This document shows, piece after piece, positions 47,959 through 48,902 of a stretch of DNA of 48,902 bases. The DNA comes from Girardia tigrina. Its lineage: Eukaryota. Made by a program: the position numbers and the translations under genes. The first letter of the stretch is position 1; the number at the start of each line of letters is the position of its first letter. The stretch spans positions 1 through 48,902 of the forward strand of contig MQRK01212705.1 of the NCBI GenBank assembly GCA_001938485.1, in the 5' to 3' direction. The notes below the pieces were generated by a model. The model saw only the letters and a program-made list of their open reading frames with translations, was not told where the DNA came from and did no database searches.

Positions 47959-48851
47959 TCATGCTTCGGACTTGTGAAGTCCTGCAATCCTTTTTCTTAG
48001 GTGGGTCGGTAACTTCTGAAGACATGGCTTACATATTGGTTTACGGTCGATTTTATAAATTTTGGACCTATGTATCAAAAATATAAAATTGCGCTAAATC
48101 AATCGTGACGTACGTATCATCGAGCAACATGTCACATGCAGAACATCGGAAGTGATCTACACAATAGACTTTCTTGAGGAATTCGACAGACTGTTTACCA
48201 ACGTCTTTGTTACAGTATTCACAGAGCTTGGTTGACATCATTTGGAAATGAAGTTCACAATAAACTTCTTTGTTGAGTACGAAATAGCGAGTTCCAAGGA
48301 ATGGCTTGCTGCAAAAGCTGCATACAAAGTGTTCCACATGATAGGCTTTGCCGAGGGCGTAGATAACTCTTTCTTCGACTGGTCGTCTAAATAACCGATA
48401 AGACAAGTATCAAAATAAATGTACGCTACTTGCATGCTGCGCAAATGGGAATACCCATTTTATCGAAACAACGTAAGCAATAGAAGTTGCCGTCTTTTTC
48501 TCTAAAATTTTTGTCAAGTTCATTCTGGCAATTTGTACATTTGAAATGATAAGGATGATAAAATTCTCCATCGCATTTCAGATATTCCTGTCCTCTTATT
48601 CCTGCCTTGCATTTGTGACAAATGTACACCGCAGGCACTTGATTCTTTAAGAGTGCATGGCACTTTTGACAGTATGGACTACAAAACACTCAATATACTT
48701 TTACGTTGATGTAAAAGTTTTAACTTGTTTTCATATTTCTTGAATGTCGAACTCCCGGCCAATGACTCCCTACAATTGGTACAGTTGAAGCATTCGGCGT
48801 GCCAGGTGTGGTCGATGGCCTTAATAATCTTTCCTCTTAAGATAAACTGGT
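47959..48851 (-). CDS. LIMS1: PINCH / LIM and senescent cell antigen-like protein, LIM2-LIM5 (exons 48851-48725, 48678-48430, 48386-48114, 48067-47959; 5' part outside the window)
   Basis: Spliced product contains [68 protein letters not shown]..KPFLG and KPICKPCLQKLPTHLRKRI, collinear with PINCH; introns of 46, 43 and 46 nt. Confidence 0.93.
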
Positions 48852-48902
48852 CTAAATTCAAAATATAATAAAAATATAATAAATCGGTAAATTTATAAAA
48901 AA

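Overview
AT-rich eukaryotic (metazoan-type) genomic scaffold with very short spliceosomal introns (42-52 nt). Most of the window is decayed or nested transposons: several mariner/Tc1/IS630-like elements including a DD37E element nested in a maT-like one, hAT remnants, a MULE fragment, a Helitron-like element, an RTE-like LINE fragment and a 4.4-kb Gypsy LTR retrotransposon. I could assemble four host genes by hand: the 3' part of an OGFr-domain gene (+), a BOK-like Bcl-2 family gene (-), the 3' part of PINCH/LIMS (-), and a 20-exon ankyrin-repeat gene (+, 21394-24135) that the ORF track misses. The ankyrin gene is the highlight. It is an intact ~624-aa protein with a predicted N-myristoylation start, an N-cap, 17 internal repeats and a C-cap. 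Each internal repeat is its own exon (16 are exactly 99 nt and phase 0), and variation sits at the positions that form the ankyrin binding surface, so it resembles a natural, splice-rearrangeable DARPin cassette array. All calls are by eye; no searches were run.
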